A stretch of 25,156 bases of DNA from positions 2,556,622-2,581,777 of the forward strand of contig JBOZIK010000001.1 of assembly GCA_051453625.1 (NCBI GenBank), read 5' to 3'. This document shows, piece by piece, positions 1 to 11,260 of this stretch (positions are counted from its first letter, which is position 1; each line of letters opens with the position of its first letter). The stretch is from Welwitschia mirabilis. Its lineage: Eukaryota. The notes under the pieces are model-generated. The model made no database searches, was not told the origin of the DNA, and worked only from the letters and a program-made list of their open reading frames with translations. A program made the position numbers and the translations under genes.

Positions 1-350
1 TATTTACAAATTTTTGATTTTTAATTTGTAAAAGATGCTTTAATTTTACATTATTCTAGTAGAAATAAATGACTATTAAAGTCATTATCCTATAGTTTCT
101 TATTAATTGTTTTTCATCTCATGGTCCCAATATTTGAAGATATTAGCTTTGGGTTTTTCTATCTCTTATGGTAAAGATGATCAATCTAGATGTTATTCTT
201 CCTCATATTTCTTCTTTAAAACTTCATTGAGGGAGTTCCCAATTTATTTTAATTCATTAACATGTTCTCTTAATTTTCTTAAGTATATGAAAAATAGAAG
301 TAATTAAGAATGTTATTCAAGCATCATACTTAGGATCATATTATTAAAAC

Positions 351-420
351 TTTAGCTACATGACATAGAATGGATCCACTCATCCTTTAACTACATGGTA
401 CAAAATGGATCCATGCATAC
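351..420. repeat. Degenerate 35-bp tandem duplication
   Basis: tttagctacatgacatagaatggatccactcatcc (351-385) vs tttaactacatggtacaaaatggatccatgcatac (386-420); 27/35 identical by hand. Confidence 0.8.
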
Positions 421-1295
421 TTTATCTTATTAACTATATGATCTTTCTTTTGTTCAATCTAGGTGATGGCCTTCCATCATATCCCTATCTAGTTATCCTA
501 TGAAACAATTAATGAAATAAAAATAATTCTAAAATTATCAATGAAATATTTCTTTATAGCTAAATGAAAGTAGGCCTTACAAATTATAATATCTGCACAC
601 TTATATAGTTGCTTATCAATATTTGTTATTTTGGTTGGAAAGGCTTTTATTTTAAAGATTCTTTGATAAGAGCTTCCTTTTCATTTACTTCTTTATTCAT
701 GTTTTTCTTTTATATTACAAGATCTAAATGGCTAGGTAGAAAAGATCTACTTTCCATGAGACATGGATGATTATGAAGTAGGAGGTTGATCTTGTGGTAA
801 AACACAAGCAAATTTTTCTACATGAAGGGTCTTAGGAAGCCTTTCCAATATAGGAGACAAAAGAAGTATTATGCCTCTAAAAGCTTCATTAAGATTAAAC
901 ATAAAATAACTATGTCTAAAGACCTCTAGCTATATGAGCATTTTTCTCCTATGTATCCTCTATTCTAGTGTTCTTATCTATAGGCAAATTACTAAAGCCA
1001 TCAAAACTATATCACAATTGAAATATCTTTTATCTTATGCATAGATCCCTTACTTATGTTTTTAATATTTTTGTAGAGGTTTATCACCACCACTTTGAAC
1101 AAGGCTATGTCTTCTTTTACATGGTAGCCCCTTAGCAAGCACCCTAATTTTGACCATAATACATTCTTCTTGTTATTTCTTAAGATGTTTCTCTGATTAA
1201 TCACTATAAGTTCTATCCTAAAGGAATATTCCAACATGTATAAGAAAACTTTTCTTTCATTTATTTTGTTGTCATATATCTATGGTAAATATTCT

Positions 1296-1625
1296 TTAAA
1301 GAATAGTTTCATAATTTCTACTTTTGTAATATAAAAAATATTTAATTTCAGTTGGAAAGTTGAATCCACATAGAATTGAGTCACACAAGATGCTCTTGAT
1401 AACTTTAACATCTGATACAACTATTTGTAATTGAATAATAATGGTTTCATCCTCATAGGTTCTAAAGATGAATTTCATTAATGTTCTATCTATTTCCTTG
1501 TTTAGTAGAAGATAGTAAAGATATAGCCTAAGGTTTTTCAAGTATGCAATTTGTTTTATATTTATGTAATCAAGACTAAATTCAAATTCATTAGCTAGGG
1601 AAATGTAACTAAGGGTAAGTACCAT
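1296..1625 (-). pseudogene. Possible decayed transposon-associated ORF fragment, plant mobile domain (PMD)-like
   Basis: The 109-aa ORF contains YLKNLRLY..LL..EIDRTLMKFIFRTYEDET...QL...CGFNFP. This loosely follows my recollection of the PMD N-terminal pattern YL..AGLY....ID..LI.ALVERW.PET..F.L...LGLP. Resemblance by eye only. Confidence 0.25.
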
Positions 1626-3784
1626 GGTTAATCCCTATTTTAACATTTAAGCGATTATAATAAGTAGATTTGAAATGGGCAAAGACTTCCTAACGACCTC
1701 AACTTCATCTGAGGAATACTCACAGATTGTTATGCCATAAACTCAAAGAAAAATATGCTTAAAAAACCTAAATATAGGTGTAGTAATAACTTATCTCGAA
1801 ATCTTTAGATTTTTTTATAACTTTAAAAAGTGTAAAAATAACTTTAACTGATAGTTAATTATCAATATCTAACTTCTTGTTTGCCTTTCCTCATGTAACT
1901 TATTAATTACATATTTAATGTGTATCATTCATAGAATGGCTATATTAATTTTGCCAACAATCAGATATTTATTAACTTATTCTATTTTATTAGCTAACCT
2001 AGAATATGTGGCATATCCTCATCTATTAATTTATATTATTTCCTTATTCTTAAACATGCAAAAGGACTAGCTCTCAAGTTAGGTGATAGTACCATCATTA
2101 ATTTTTAATTCTATGGGTCTTCATCTTACAAAAGCTGATCTTCCTAATGGAGTGGATTTGATATGATGTTCATGTAGTTGGGGTTAGAGCTGGTATAGGT
2201 AGGATACATCACATAACACCAAGAGGTATCATACAACTAAATGACATGGCATTCCATATCACACACTGGATGCAACATGGATATTATAATTTGTTACTTA
2301 TATATAGAGATATATTATGATAGGATGTGATCTTAGTGAAGCTTATCTTATAATATTAATTAATATAATGTTATTATTTAATATTTCATATAATGATAAT
2401 AAAAAATGATTAGCGTGTTACAATAAATCATAATATTACTCAAAACTAAATGGTTGGATCAATGAAGTTATAACTCTAAATCCTATATCAAAGATTATAA
2501 AGGATAATATTACTTATAAAATATCAAATTCATTAATAATAATATAAATAATATGTAAAAATAAAGATAAATATTAGTAACAAGGAAAGGCATCAAAGAT
2601 CAAATTTTCAATCAAAGACCAATTCCTATTAAAGATGACTATCACCAAGTTTGTAATACTAGCTTAAAGATATAAGATCATATTATTTAAATTGCCATGC
2701 ATTAAATGATTAGGACTTTGGCCTAAATATTAGAAGGACTGTATGGAGATATTAAGTGTAGAATAATAATATTAATATAGTAATTAAGAGATTACAATGA
2801 TGTTTACTCCATAATTTTCACTAGAGTATATAGAGATTAGGGGTTTAAGTATATCTCCACCTTTGACAATGACAACTAGGACTACAAGGCTTATGATACA
2901 TAGTAAAAGGGTGGTAAAATTAGATATTTTAATATTAATATATTTTAATGATCACCTTAAAGCACATATGTAAATCATCAAGCACAAAATAATGGTCTCC
3001 AAAGCTCAACCTCTATCTCTAATAATCATCATGCCAATAAAAAGGATCATTATGACATGGTTATATAACTATTTGACATGGTTTAATGTGGGGTTCACAT
3101 GTTCTACTTATGGAATCTATCATCATAGCTTCAGTAAGCATGTGAAATAAAATAAATTATAATATTTAGAAAATATGTTTTACAACATGAAATCATGTGT
3201 AAGTTATCAAGAATAATATTATTATAATGGTAAATTAATTATACATAAGGGTCAAATTGGATAAAATCTAATTTTTAACACTTCTAAAAGATGCATGAAG
3301 CCATTTAGAGTATTTATATATATTATAACACAAAATAAATAAAGGATGTATTAGATTAAGTTTTTATTTCTTTATGAAGTCATTAAAAGTAGCATCTATA
3401 TGTAATTATTGAATAACTATGAAATTTATACTAATATACTATGTTATTTGAAAAATGTCTTCTATTGTTTAAAAAATTCACCTATAATATCATAAAAGAA
3501 GTTAAAAAATCTTTTATTTTAGGAATTTACTTCAAATGAGTCTCATTTAATATAAAGTTATTTATTTTTGTAGAATAAGGGGTATCATTTGTTACAGCTA
3601 CTTTTTATGTTGATGATAATGGACTATTGTTGTTATAATATAGTGGCTCTAAATGAAAATAAGATAATTCTTCCACAAAGAGAATATAAATGATACTAAA
3701 TTTGTGATTATTAGTTTCTAAATGAAAATTTTAGATATATAAAGATTAAGGAAAAATGGAATAGTATGGACGCGGTCGATGGTT

Positions 3785-3853
3785 NNNNNNNNNNNNNNNN
3801 NNNNNNNNNNNNNNNNNNNNNNNNNNNNNNNNNNNNNNNNNNNNNNNNNNNNN
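3785..3853. other. Assembly gap (69 N)
   Basis: Run of N. Confidence 1.
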
Positions 3854-5223
3854 ATTCATAATTATATTTATGAGTGAAAGATATATGGTACTTACATAAT
3901 GGCTATCATTCATTTTAATTGTAAAGATATACTAACATAAAAGATAAGAAAGCTTATCAAATTTGCAATGCATCAATAACCCTATACACTACACCAACGA
4001 TACAAAAAAGTATTAAGAATCAAGGATAGAAATCATCATTTAAGATGAAGCTTTTATTATAAATAAATATCTCTAGTTACTACAAAAATGTCTTAAATAT
4101 GTAATATCAATACATCCAAAGCTCCATTTCTCAAAGGACTAGCCTCCTAGCTAAAAGGACTTAAGTGATCATGGAGACTTCTAGCCAAATATTATAAGTA
4201 GTAGATCTAATTATTTAATTGATATTCCTATTTATTCTATAACTTAGGCTCATATGTTAATATGAATTATTCATTCAAAGTTTGATTTCTACTTGTAAAT
4301 AAGTGATGCACCAATGAATGAGCTTATCATAGTAAAATTCTAAAGCTTTTTAACATGGTCCTACGTGAGATTTATAGGTCTTACTTTTGGAAATTTTTTA
4401 ATGCATCCAAGTTAAGATTGAAAATGGTATTAAAATATTTAAGACCTTAACATGATTCTATAAGTCAGTTACAATAAATATTAATATTAAAATGATAAAA
4501 TAAGCATAATTAAAAGGTTAAGATATATGAAATTTATATCTCAAATACATTTTCACCCATCTTTTGAATAGTGCCTTAGTACTTAATATTAAAAATACAT
4601 ATGTAAATTATATGCATTATTAAGAATATGTTAGAACCATGATAAAAAGATTAGAATATCATGTAAAAACATGACAATGTTTTATATAGATCAACTACAA
4701 GTTAGCTAATTTTATCTGGTATATCAAAAAATCTATAAGATATGAAAGATAAATTGAAATAAGTAAATGAATAATTGCATAAAACCACATAAATCCATGT
4801 GTAAATAATTAAAAAGTATCTAAATTATTTTAAAATTACATAAAATAAATTTCATATGAAATTATTAATTATCTTTTTAGTTTTAATATATTATATGTGT
4901 CTAATTGAATTAAGTCCTCCCTAAATGTTATAGTCATCCAATCCATTGTCTAATAGGCACTTGTAGATGCTATTATTCTAATATTGAATACTAAAATTTT
5001 ATTACTTTCATCTTAACAATCATGAAGGAGATGAAAAATTTTATTGAAAATTTCCTAAAATAGCATTTTACAACTAGACATGATGATTTTTTTATGTGAA
5101 ATATACAAGATATAGTTGAAAAAGATGAGAAAAAATGATACTCAAAATAGAATAAAGAAGCATAGTATCATATATTAGATCATAAAAAAATCTATAAAAT
5201 AAGTAAGTGATATGTTTAAGCAT

Positions 5224-5228
5224 GAAAG
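5224..5228 (+). repeat. Left 5-bp target-site duplication GAAAG
   Basis: GAAAG immediately precedes the 5' LTR and recurs at 14477-14481 immediately after the 3' LTR. Confidence 0.9.
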
Positions 5229-6555
5229 TATTGAGTTGAAATTTGCCAAATTGATGTCAAACTAACATTTTCTATTTTAGCAAAACATGTTATATCCTTT
5301 GCAGATAATATTAATCCTTTTAGGATAGAATAAAAAACAATTTATCATAAACATTATCTGAACCTGACAAATTTCAAATCCTTAAACGGGTTAATCAAAT
5401 CCCTAAGGAGTCAATCAAACCTATACCACAAAGTGTCAGAGATAGATTAATCAGGGGTCAATCAAATTCCTAAGAGGTCAACCAAACCTGAGTAATAAAT
5501 TTATCACATTTGATCATTATTGGATTGATCAAATTCCAAAGGGATTAACTAGATCTCAAGAAAAATAATTTCATCTTTTTCGATGAAGGAGTTAACCAAA
5601 TACCTAAGGGATCAATAGGACCTAGGTCATAAATGTTATTCTACACTTTTCTAGACATGGGATCAACTGAAAAAAAAAATGTAGTTGATCAAACATGTAG
5701 TTGACTGGATCTCTGAGAGATCGATTGGACATTGAGCCCTAAGAAACTTGGATCAACCAAAACAAGATGGAGATGATTGACTTAAGTGATGGTAATTGAT
5801 GGAGTTGATTAGACATTTTGAGGGGTCGAATGACCATTATGAAAATGGGATTTTTCTAGCCATTTGGCCTTCCATTTTTATTCATTAGAGAATCTATTTC
5901 ACTTATAAAACCAAAAAATGTTGCTCTTATATATTTGTCAGTTATGTGATACCACTTTTTCAACATCTTTTTGACAAGCTTTTAGACTACTCATTGGCAT
6001 ATCTTCTATCTTACTAAAGATGAGAAAAGATCTTTTGTTAGTATTTGTACTTGATCAATAAATTTGCACTCTACATACATGGATTATACTATCATCTTAA
6101 GTAGCATAGCAACATCATTGTTAATCTTTAAATCTAGTGGAACCTATGCATTAGGGCATGCCATTATCATTGAATAACATTCTCTCTAAAGGTTGATACT
6201 GAGCCTCAAAAAATTTCAATTGTAAAAGGTTATAGGTAAATCTAGAATACCTAAAAAGTGATTAATGAAGATCTAGATTACACTTAGGTAGAAAATAATT
6301 ATTGAGAGTGGAGGAGGGGTTTCTTGAACCAATATAAATAATGTGTCTATCTTTATTGGTATTTTATTCTTTTAGTTATTTTTCTTTCAGATATTTCATA
6401 TGCACAAATATCTTTTGGTTTTCAATATTATGAAGATAGCTTTTAAGGTTATTTATTTATTTTTAATCCTATTCAACCCCCCTGTTCATCCACTCCTCCC
6501 CCTCCCCCCTTCAAACCCAACGCCATAATCACCAAAAAGGGTTCTAGATCCTTTA
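5229..6555 (+). repeat. 5' LTR of the SIRE-like element (1327 bp)
   Basis: Starts tattgagttgaaatttgccaaattgatgtcaaactaac and aligns collinearly to 13193-14476. Ends gggttctagatccttta just before the PBS. Hand alignment gives 12 mismatches in the first 100 nt and 30 in the next 100. Confidence 0.93.
5388..5835 (+). promoter_or_regulatory. Array of ~16 decayed palindromic repeat motifs (inferred ancestral GGTCGA(C/T)CG(A/G)) in the 5' LTR U3
   Basis: Recurrent units gggttaatcaaat, gagtcaatcaaac, ggtcaatcaaat, ggtcaaccaaac, ggattgatcaaat, agttgactggat, agatcgattggac and ggggtcgaatgacc, often in pairs ~21 bp apart. CA-vs-TG differences at aligned positions in the other LTR imply ancestral CG. 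Confidence 0.75.
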
Positions 6556-6557
6556 TT

Positions 6558-6569
6558 TGGTATTAGAGC
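6558..6569 (+). promoter_or_regulatory. Primer-binding site, tRNA-iMet
   Basis: tggtattagagc, one C>T from the canonical plant TGGTATCAGAGC, 2 nt after the LTR end. Confidence 0.92.
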
Positions 6570-6621
6570 TAGGTAGAATCATTACTAAATCCTAATAGGT
6601 CTAGATTCTTAAACCCTAAAT

Positions 6622-8290
6622 ATGAGTAATCCTTTAGATGGATTTTCTACTAGAAGCTCACCCATATTTGATGATATAAACTATGCTTACTAGAAGGCGC
6701 ATATGAGAAAATTTCTTAGATCCTTAGATGTAGACATAGAAGAGGTAATCTACAATGGATACATTATGTCCACACTATCTAAAACTAATGTTAATAAAAA
6801 TACCATTGTAATAGTAAAATCTCAAGATCAATGAACCCCACTGACAAATCCAAGGCTACTCTAGATGCCGATGCTCTTAATGAAATTTCTTGTATAGTAT
6901 GTATACATGAGTTCAAAAGGATCATGAACTATGAACATGTCAAAGAAGCTTGGGATATTCTTGAAATAGCACATGAAGGAACATATATTATTAAGTAAGC
7001 AAAAGTATAGATTCTCATTTCCAATTTTGAATACATTTGCATGAATTAGGAGGAGACACTTCAAGAATTCTTTGCTATACTAATAGACAATGTAAATTCT
7101 ATGACAAGTTCAAGCGAAAGAATAGAGGAAGAAAATGTGGCTCAAAAAGTTTTAAGATCACTTCCAAAATGTTTTGAGCTAAAGATCATATCCATTAAAA
7201 AAATTACAAACATCAATCGAATGACACTTGAGGAACTATAAGGTAATCTTCAAACTTATGAGTTGAAATTTTGTAAAGATAAAAAGAAAAGTCTTACTTT
7301 GAAAAGTATGTAGGAAGAATATAGATCTAAAAAATTAGATGAAAAACTTGATGATGATGATGAAGTTGCTCTTTTAGCAAGGATAATTAAAAAGTTATTG
7401 CACATAAGAAAGAAAGAAGGTAAACCAAGTAGAGAATCATAAAGAGGTTATTTTAAATTCATAAAAGATCAATAAAAAGGAAAGGAGATCCAATGCTATA
7501 CTTGTAAGAGTTATGAACATGTTGGAAATGAATGTCCAAACAACAAAAGAGATCAAAGGAAATCAAAGACATATCCTTCATTGCTATATGGGATAATATA
7601 GATAAAGAGGATGATAATAGCTCAAGTCAAGATTTAGATTAATATTAAATACTTTCTTTCATGGTAATAGTCCCTCCTATAAATAACATTCCTTGTTCAT
7701 CAGAGTCTGATGATTTAGATCTTATTTAAGAAGATCAAAATGAGCATGAAGAAACCTACCAAGAGCTTTCCTTAGAATGTGAAAAATTGATGAAATGTCT
7801 CAATGATTTAAAGCAAATAGTAAATATTCTAACCAAGCAAAAGAAGGAGTTGAAGATAAGGTACAAAATAATCCAAACCAAAAACTCCAAACTTACTTAA
7901 GAGGTAAAGAGCCTATCTCATTTTGTAAGTAAATTTTCAAATAGTTTAACTAAATTGAAATATATGCTTGGGATATGAAAACTAGCTCACAATAAAAAAG
8001 GTATTGGATTCGTCTCTCAAAGGCCATGAAATTAGCTAAATTAGGTAACATGGCAAAACAATTATGTGTCAAAAATTACATGTCATTTTTATGATAAGTT
8101 AGGTCATTCTAAACTATTTTGCAATGCTATAAAGTTAATACTCTTTTTAAATTCTATTAATTCTTTTCCTTTTCAACTTATCCCAAGGGGATCTTTATCA
8201 CAACAATTCAAATAAACTAAGGGGATGATAGTTGATAATTTGAAAAATATTTTGATTGAAACAACTTTTAAGATATTAAATGAAACTATC
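6622..8290 (+). pseudogene. gag: Copia gag with stops and frameshifts; two zinc knuckles
   Basis: ATG at 6622: MSNPLDGFSTRSSPIFDDINYAY*KAHMRKFLRSLD (cf. PPLFDGTNYAYWK.RM). Also EFKRIMNYEHVKEAWDILEIAHEGT; CYTCKSYEHVGNEC at 7494-7535; KKGIGF at ~7994-8011; second knuckle CHFYDKLGHSKLFC at 8081-8122. Confidence 0.9.
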
Positions 8291-8640
8291 TGGTACTTGG
8301 ATAATGATCTCTCAATACATGATAGGTAACAAGTCAAGATTCCAACATTTAGATGACTTTATTAGAGGTTAAGTTACATTTAATGAAAATAAAAGAGTAA
8401 AGATCAAAGAAATTGGAAGCATTAGTGAAAGTAACCTACCTAAGATAAATTAAGTTTTATATGTTAATGGCCTTAAGCATAATTTACTTAGTATTAGTCA
8501 AATCTGTAATAAAAGGTACAAAGTTATTATTGATAGTAAAAAGTATGAAGTTAAACATGGAAAAATAAATGATGTACTTCTTAAGGCAAATAGAATAGAC
8601 AATGTTTACAATATTGATCAGTCTCTATCTATATGTTATT
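8291..8640 (+). pseudogene. pol: pol: aspartic protease domain (degenerate)
   Basis: WYLDNDLSIH at 8291 (cf. WYLDSGCSRHMTG) and VLYVNGLKHNLLSISQIC at ~8454-8507. End boundary is approximate. Confidence 0.88.
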
Positions 8641-8665
8641 TTATAATGTAAATTAAGAAGAAATT

Positions 8666-9520
8666 TGGCATTAATGCTTAGGACATGTAAATTATGGTCA
8701 TCTCAAAATAATTATTAAAAAGGAAATTGTAAAATAAATTCCAAAGATTAACATTGAAAAACATGGGCTTCGTGATGTGTATCAAAAAGGGAAATAAGGT
8801 AGGACTTCTGATAAAAGTAAAAACCTAGTCTCCAAAACAATGCCCCTTAAGCTTATTCTCATGAACTTGGTGGACCTAGTCTAAATAAAAATTCTATAAG
8901 AAAAACATTAGTTTTTAACTATGTTTAATGACTACTCTAGATTTACTTGGGATACTTTTCTTGAAAATAAAGCTGAAACTATAAAAGTTGTGTTGAAAGT
9001 TTCAACAAAATCTAAAATAAGAAAGGTTCACCATTAAGAAAATTAGAAGTGATCATGAAGAAGAATTTGAAAACCATCTATTTGAAAAGTCTTATATATA
9101 AAATGGTATAGAACATTAATTCTTAGCCTCAAAGACTCGTCAACAAAATGAAATTGCTAAGAGGAAGAACCAAGTTCATCAAAAAATAACTAGATCAATG
9201 TTAAGTGATAAGGAGATCTCTAAAACTTTTTGGATTTAACTAGTAAGCACCGCTTGGTACATTATAAATAGAGTTTACCTTAGGCTTGGAAGGGATAAAA
9301 CTCCCTATGAGCTTTAAAAATAAAGAAAACCAAATGTTTCATATTTTAAAGTCTTTAAGAGTAACTACTTTATTTTAAAAGATAGAGTACACTTGAGTAA
9401 ATTTGAGTCAAAGACTAATGAAGCAATTTTTTTAGGATACTCAACTAGAATTAGAGCTTATCGAGTATTCAACAAAAAAAGCCTAACAGTGGAAGAATCT
9501 GTAAATGTACAAATATATGA
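8666..9520 (+). pseudogene. pol: pol: integrase (GAG-pre-integrase HHCC, rve core, GKGY-type C-terminal region), degenerate
   Basis: WH*CLGHVNY at 8666; NDYSRFTW; IRSDHEEEFEN at 9042; TRQQNEIAKRKN; STAWYIINRVYL; KTPYEL*; KPNVSYFKVF; LSKFESKTNEAIFLGYSTRIRAYRVFN (ORF 9393-9656). Confidence 0.93.
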
Positions 9521-9789
9521 TTTTAGCATAATACTTATTCTTTTGAACAATGAAGAGAAACTAACTCCAAGTACTCCCAAAATAAAAGAAGTTTTTAACC
9601 ACAAAAGGAAGAAGAGCCAACTCAAGAAGTTACTTACAAAAACTTTAAAGAGCTAAAAGATCACCCTTTTGGATCCATCATTGAAGATGTTAGCTTAAAA
9701 ATTTGAACAATAAATTCTCATAAAAGCTTTTATGCTCAGATTTTTTATGTCTCAAATTAAAACTAAAAAGTTTGAATAGGTAGAATCTC

Positions 9790-10770
9790 ATAAAGAATGA
9801 ATGATATTCATGCAAGATGAGCTCCAACAATTTAACATGAATGATGTCTGAAAAGTTGTTGAAAGATCAAAAGACAAAAATATCATTGGAATGAAATGAA
9901 TTTTCAAAAATAAATATGATGAGAAAAATAATATAATTAAGAACAAGGCAAGATTAGTAGCTCAAGATTACAACCAAATTAAAGGAATTGATGTAGGTGA
10001 TACTTTTGGTTCTGTAGCTAGGCTAGATAGTATTAGAATGTTTTTATCTTGTAAAACTTTTAAGAATATTAAAGTTTATCAAATGGATGTAAAAAGTACC
10101 TTTCTAAATGAAACTCTTAATGCAAGAATTTACACAAACCAAACCATGTGTATAGGCTCAAAAAGGTCTTGTATAAATTAAAACAAGCTCCAAGGGCATG
10201 GTATGAAAAAACTAACCACATTTCTTAATGAAAATGGTTATACTCATGACATTGTGAATAAAATATTATTTGTCAAAAATCTAAAAAAGGACTTTATTAT
10301 CATTTAAATTTATGTAGATGACTTAATTATTGGTCCCTCAAGAAAAGTTCTCTCAAAATAATTTGCTAGTATTATGACAAAACATTTTAAGATGAGTATG
10401 CTTAGTGAAGTCAATATGTTTCTTTGGTCTTTAAATCAAACAAATAAAACATGGAATTTTTATATCTTAATATAAATACAAAATGGATTTGATCAAATGA
10501 TTTGGACTAGAGAATGAAAAATCAACTAACACACTTATGTTAACTTCTTGTAATGTTAATTTTAATGAACATGAAAAATATATAAACCAAAAACTTTATA
10601 AAAGTATGATAGGAAGTCTACTATATCTAACTATAAGTAGAACTAGTATAATGTTTAGTGTTGCTCTGTATGCTAGATATCAGACCCAATGAAAAGAATC
10701 ACACCTTCAAGCTATCAAAAGAATCATAAGATACATAAAAAAAACAAGTGAATATGGATTATAGTATCCT
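9790..10770 (+). pseudogene. pol: pol: reverse transcriptase (RVT_2-type), degenerate
   Basis: MQDELQQF.MNDV*; NIIGMK*IFKNK; KNKARLVAQDYNQIKGID; YQMDVKSTFLN; LYKLKQAPRAWYE; YVDDLI at 10311; YKSMIGSLLYLT. Boundaries are approximate. Confidence 0.95.
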
Positions 10771-10789
10771 ATACAAACATATTTTGAAC

Positions 10790-11260
10790 TTGTAAGCTTT
10801 GGTGATGTTGGGCTGAGTGTAAAGATAATAGGAAAAGCACAAGTGATAATTTCTTTCTTTTAGGATCATACTTAGTAGGATAGATAAGTAAAAAAACAAA
10901 ACTCTATCTCCCTCTCAATAGTCAAAGCAGAGTATATAGTAGCAAGGATTTGTTATACCCATCTTCTTTAGATGAAGGAAATGCTAAAATATTTTGTAGT
11001 AGACTTTGAATAGGTTCCAACCTTTTGTGATAATACAAGTATAATTAATATATCAAAGAACCCTGTTAAAAATTTTAGAACTAAACACATTTAATTAAGA
11101 CATCATTTCCTTAGAGATCAAGTGGAAAAAGGCAACATTTCAATGAATTTTATTTAGCATTAATAGATAACTTGCTAATATTTTTATAAAATCCTTAAAC
11201 TTTGAAAACTTTTTAAAACTTTATAGTGAGCTAGGATTTGTCTCTTCACCTTCTAATTAA
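10790..11260 (+). pseudogene. pol: pol: RNase H, degenerate; pol ends at TAA 11258-11260
   Basis: RKSTS; AEYIVA; CDNTSIINISKNPV..RTKHI*LRHHFLRDQVEKG; LANIFIKSL (cf. LADIFTKPL); SELGFVSSPSN*. Confidence 0.92.

Noticed and set aside
107..307. 66-aa ORF, and similar short ORFs at 18433-18615, 20348-20599, 21068-21256, 21337-21543 and 23593-23775
   Set aside because: Short F/L/I/Y-rich translations typical of AT-rich non-coding or LTR/leader DNA, with no recognisable motifs.
3771..3784. CpG-rich cgcggtcgatggtt resembling the LTR motif
   Set aside because: Only 14 nt at a contig edge; cannot be distinguished from low-quality end sequence.
4320..4385. Loose similarity to 15160-15250 (agcttat.cata..taaa ... 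tgagat ... ttataggtctta)
   Set aside because: Patchy matches in AT-rich DNA that do not extend by eye; not enough to claim an outer element around the SIRE insertion.
5388..5835. Regularly spaced palindromic units suggestive of a CRISPR array (also the leader hairpins at 21578-21835)
   Set aside because: Units are degenerate, spacing is irregular, they lie inside eukaryotic retroelements and are duplicated with them, and no cas genes are present.
6861..7064. Minus-strand ORFs 6861-7064, 11945-12160, 21917-22171 and 24216-24443
   Set aside because: Antisense shadows of gag or env-like coding sequence.
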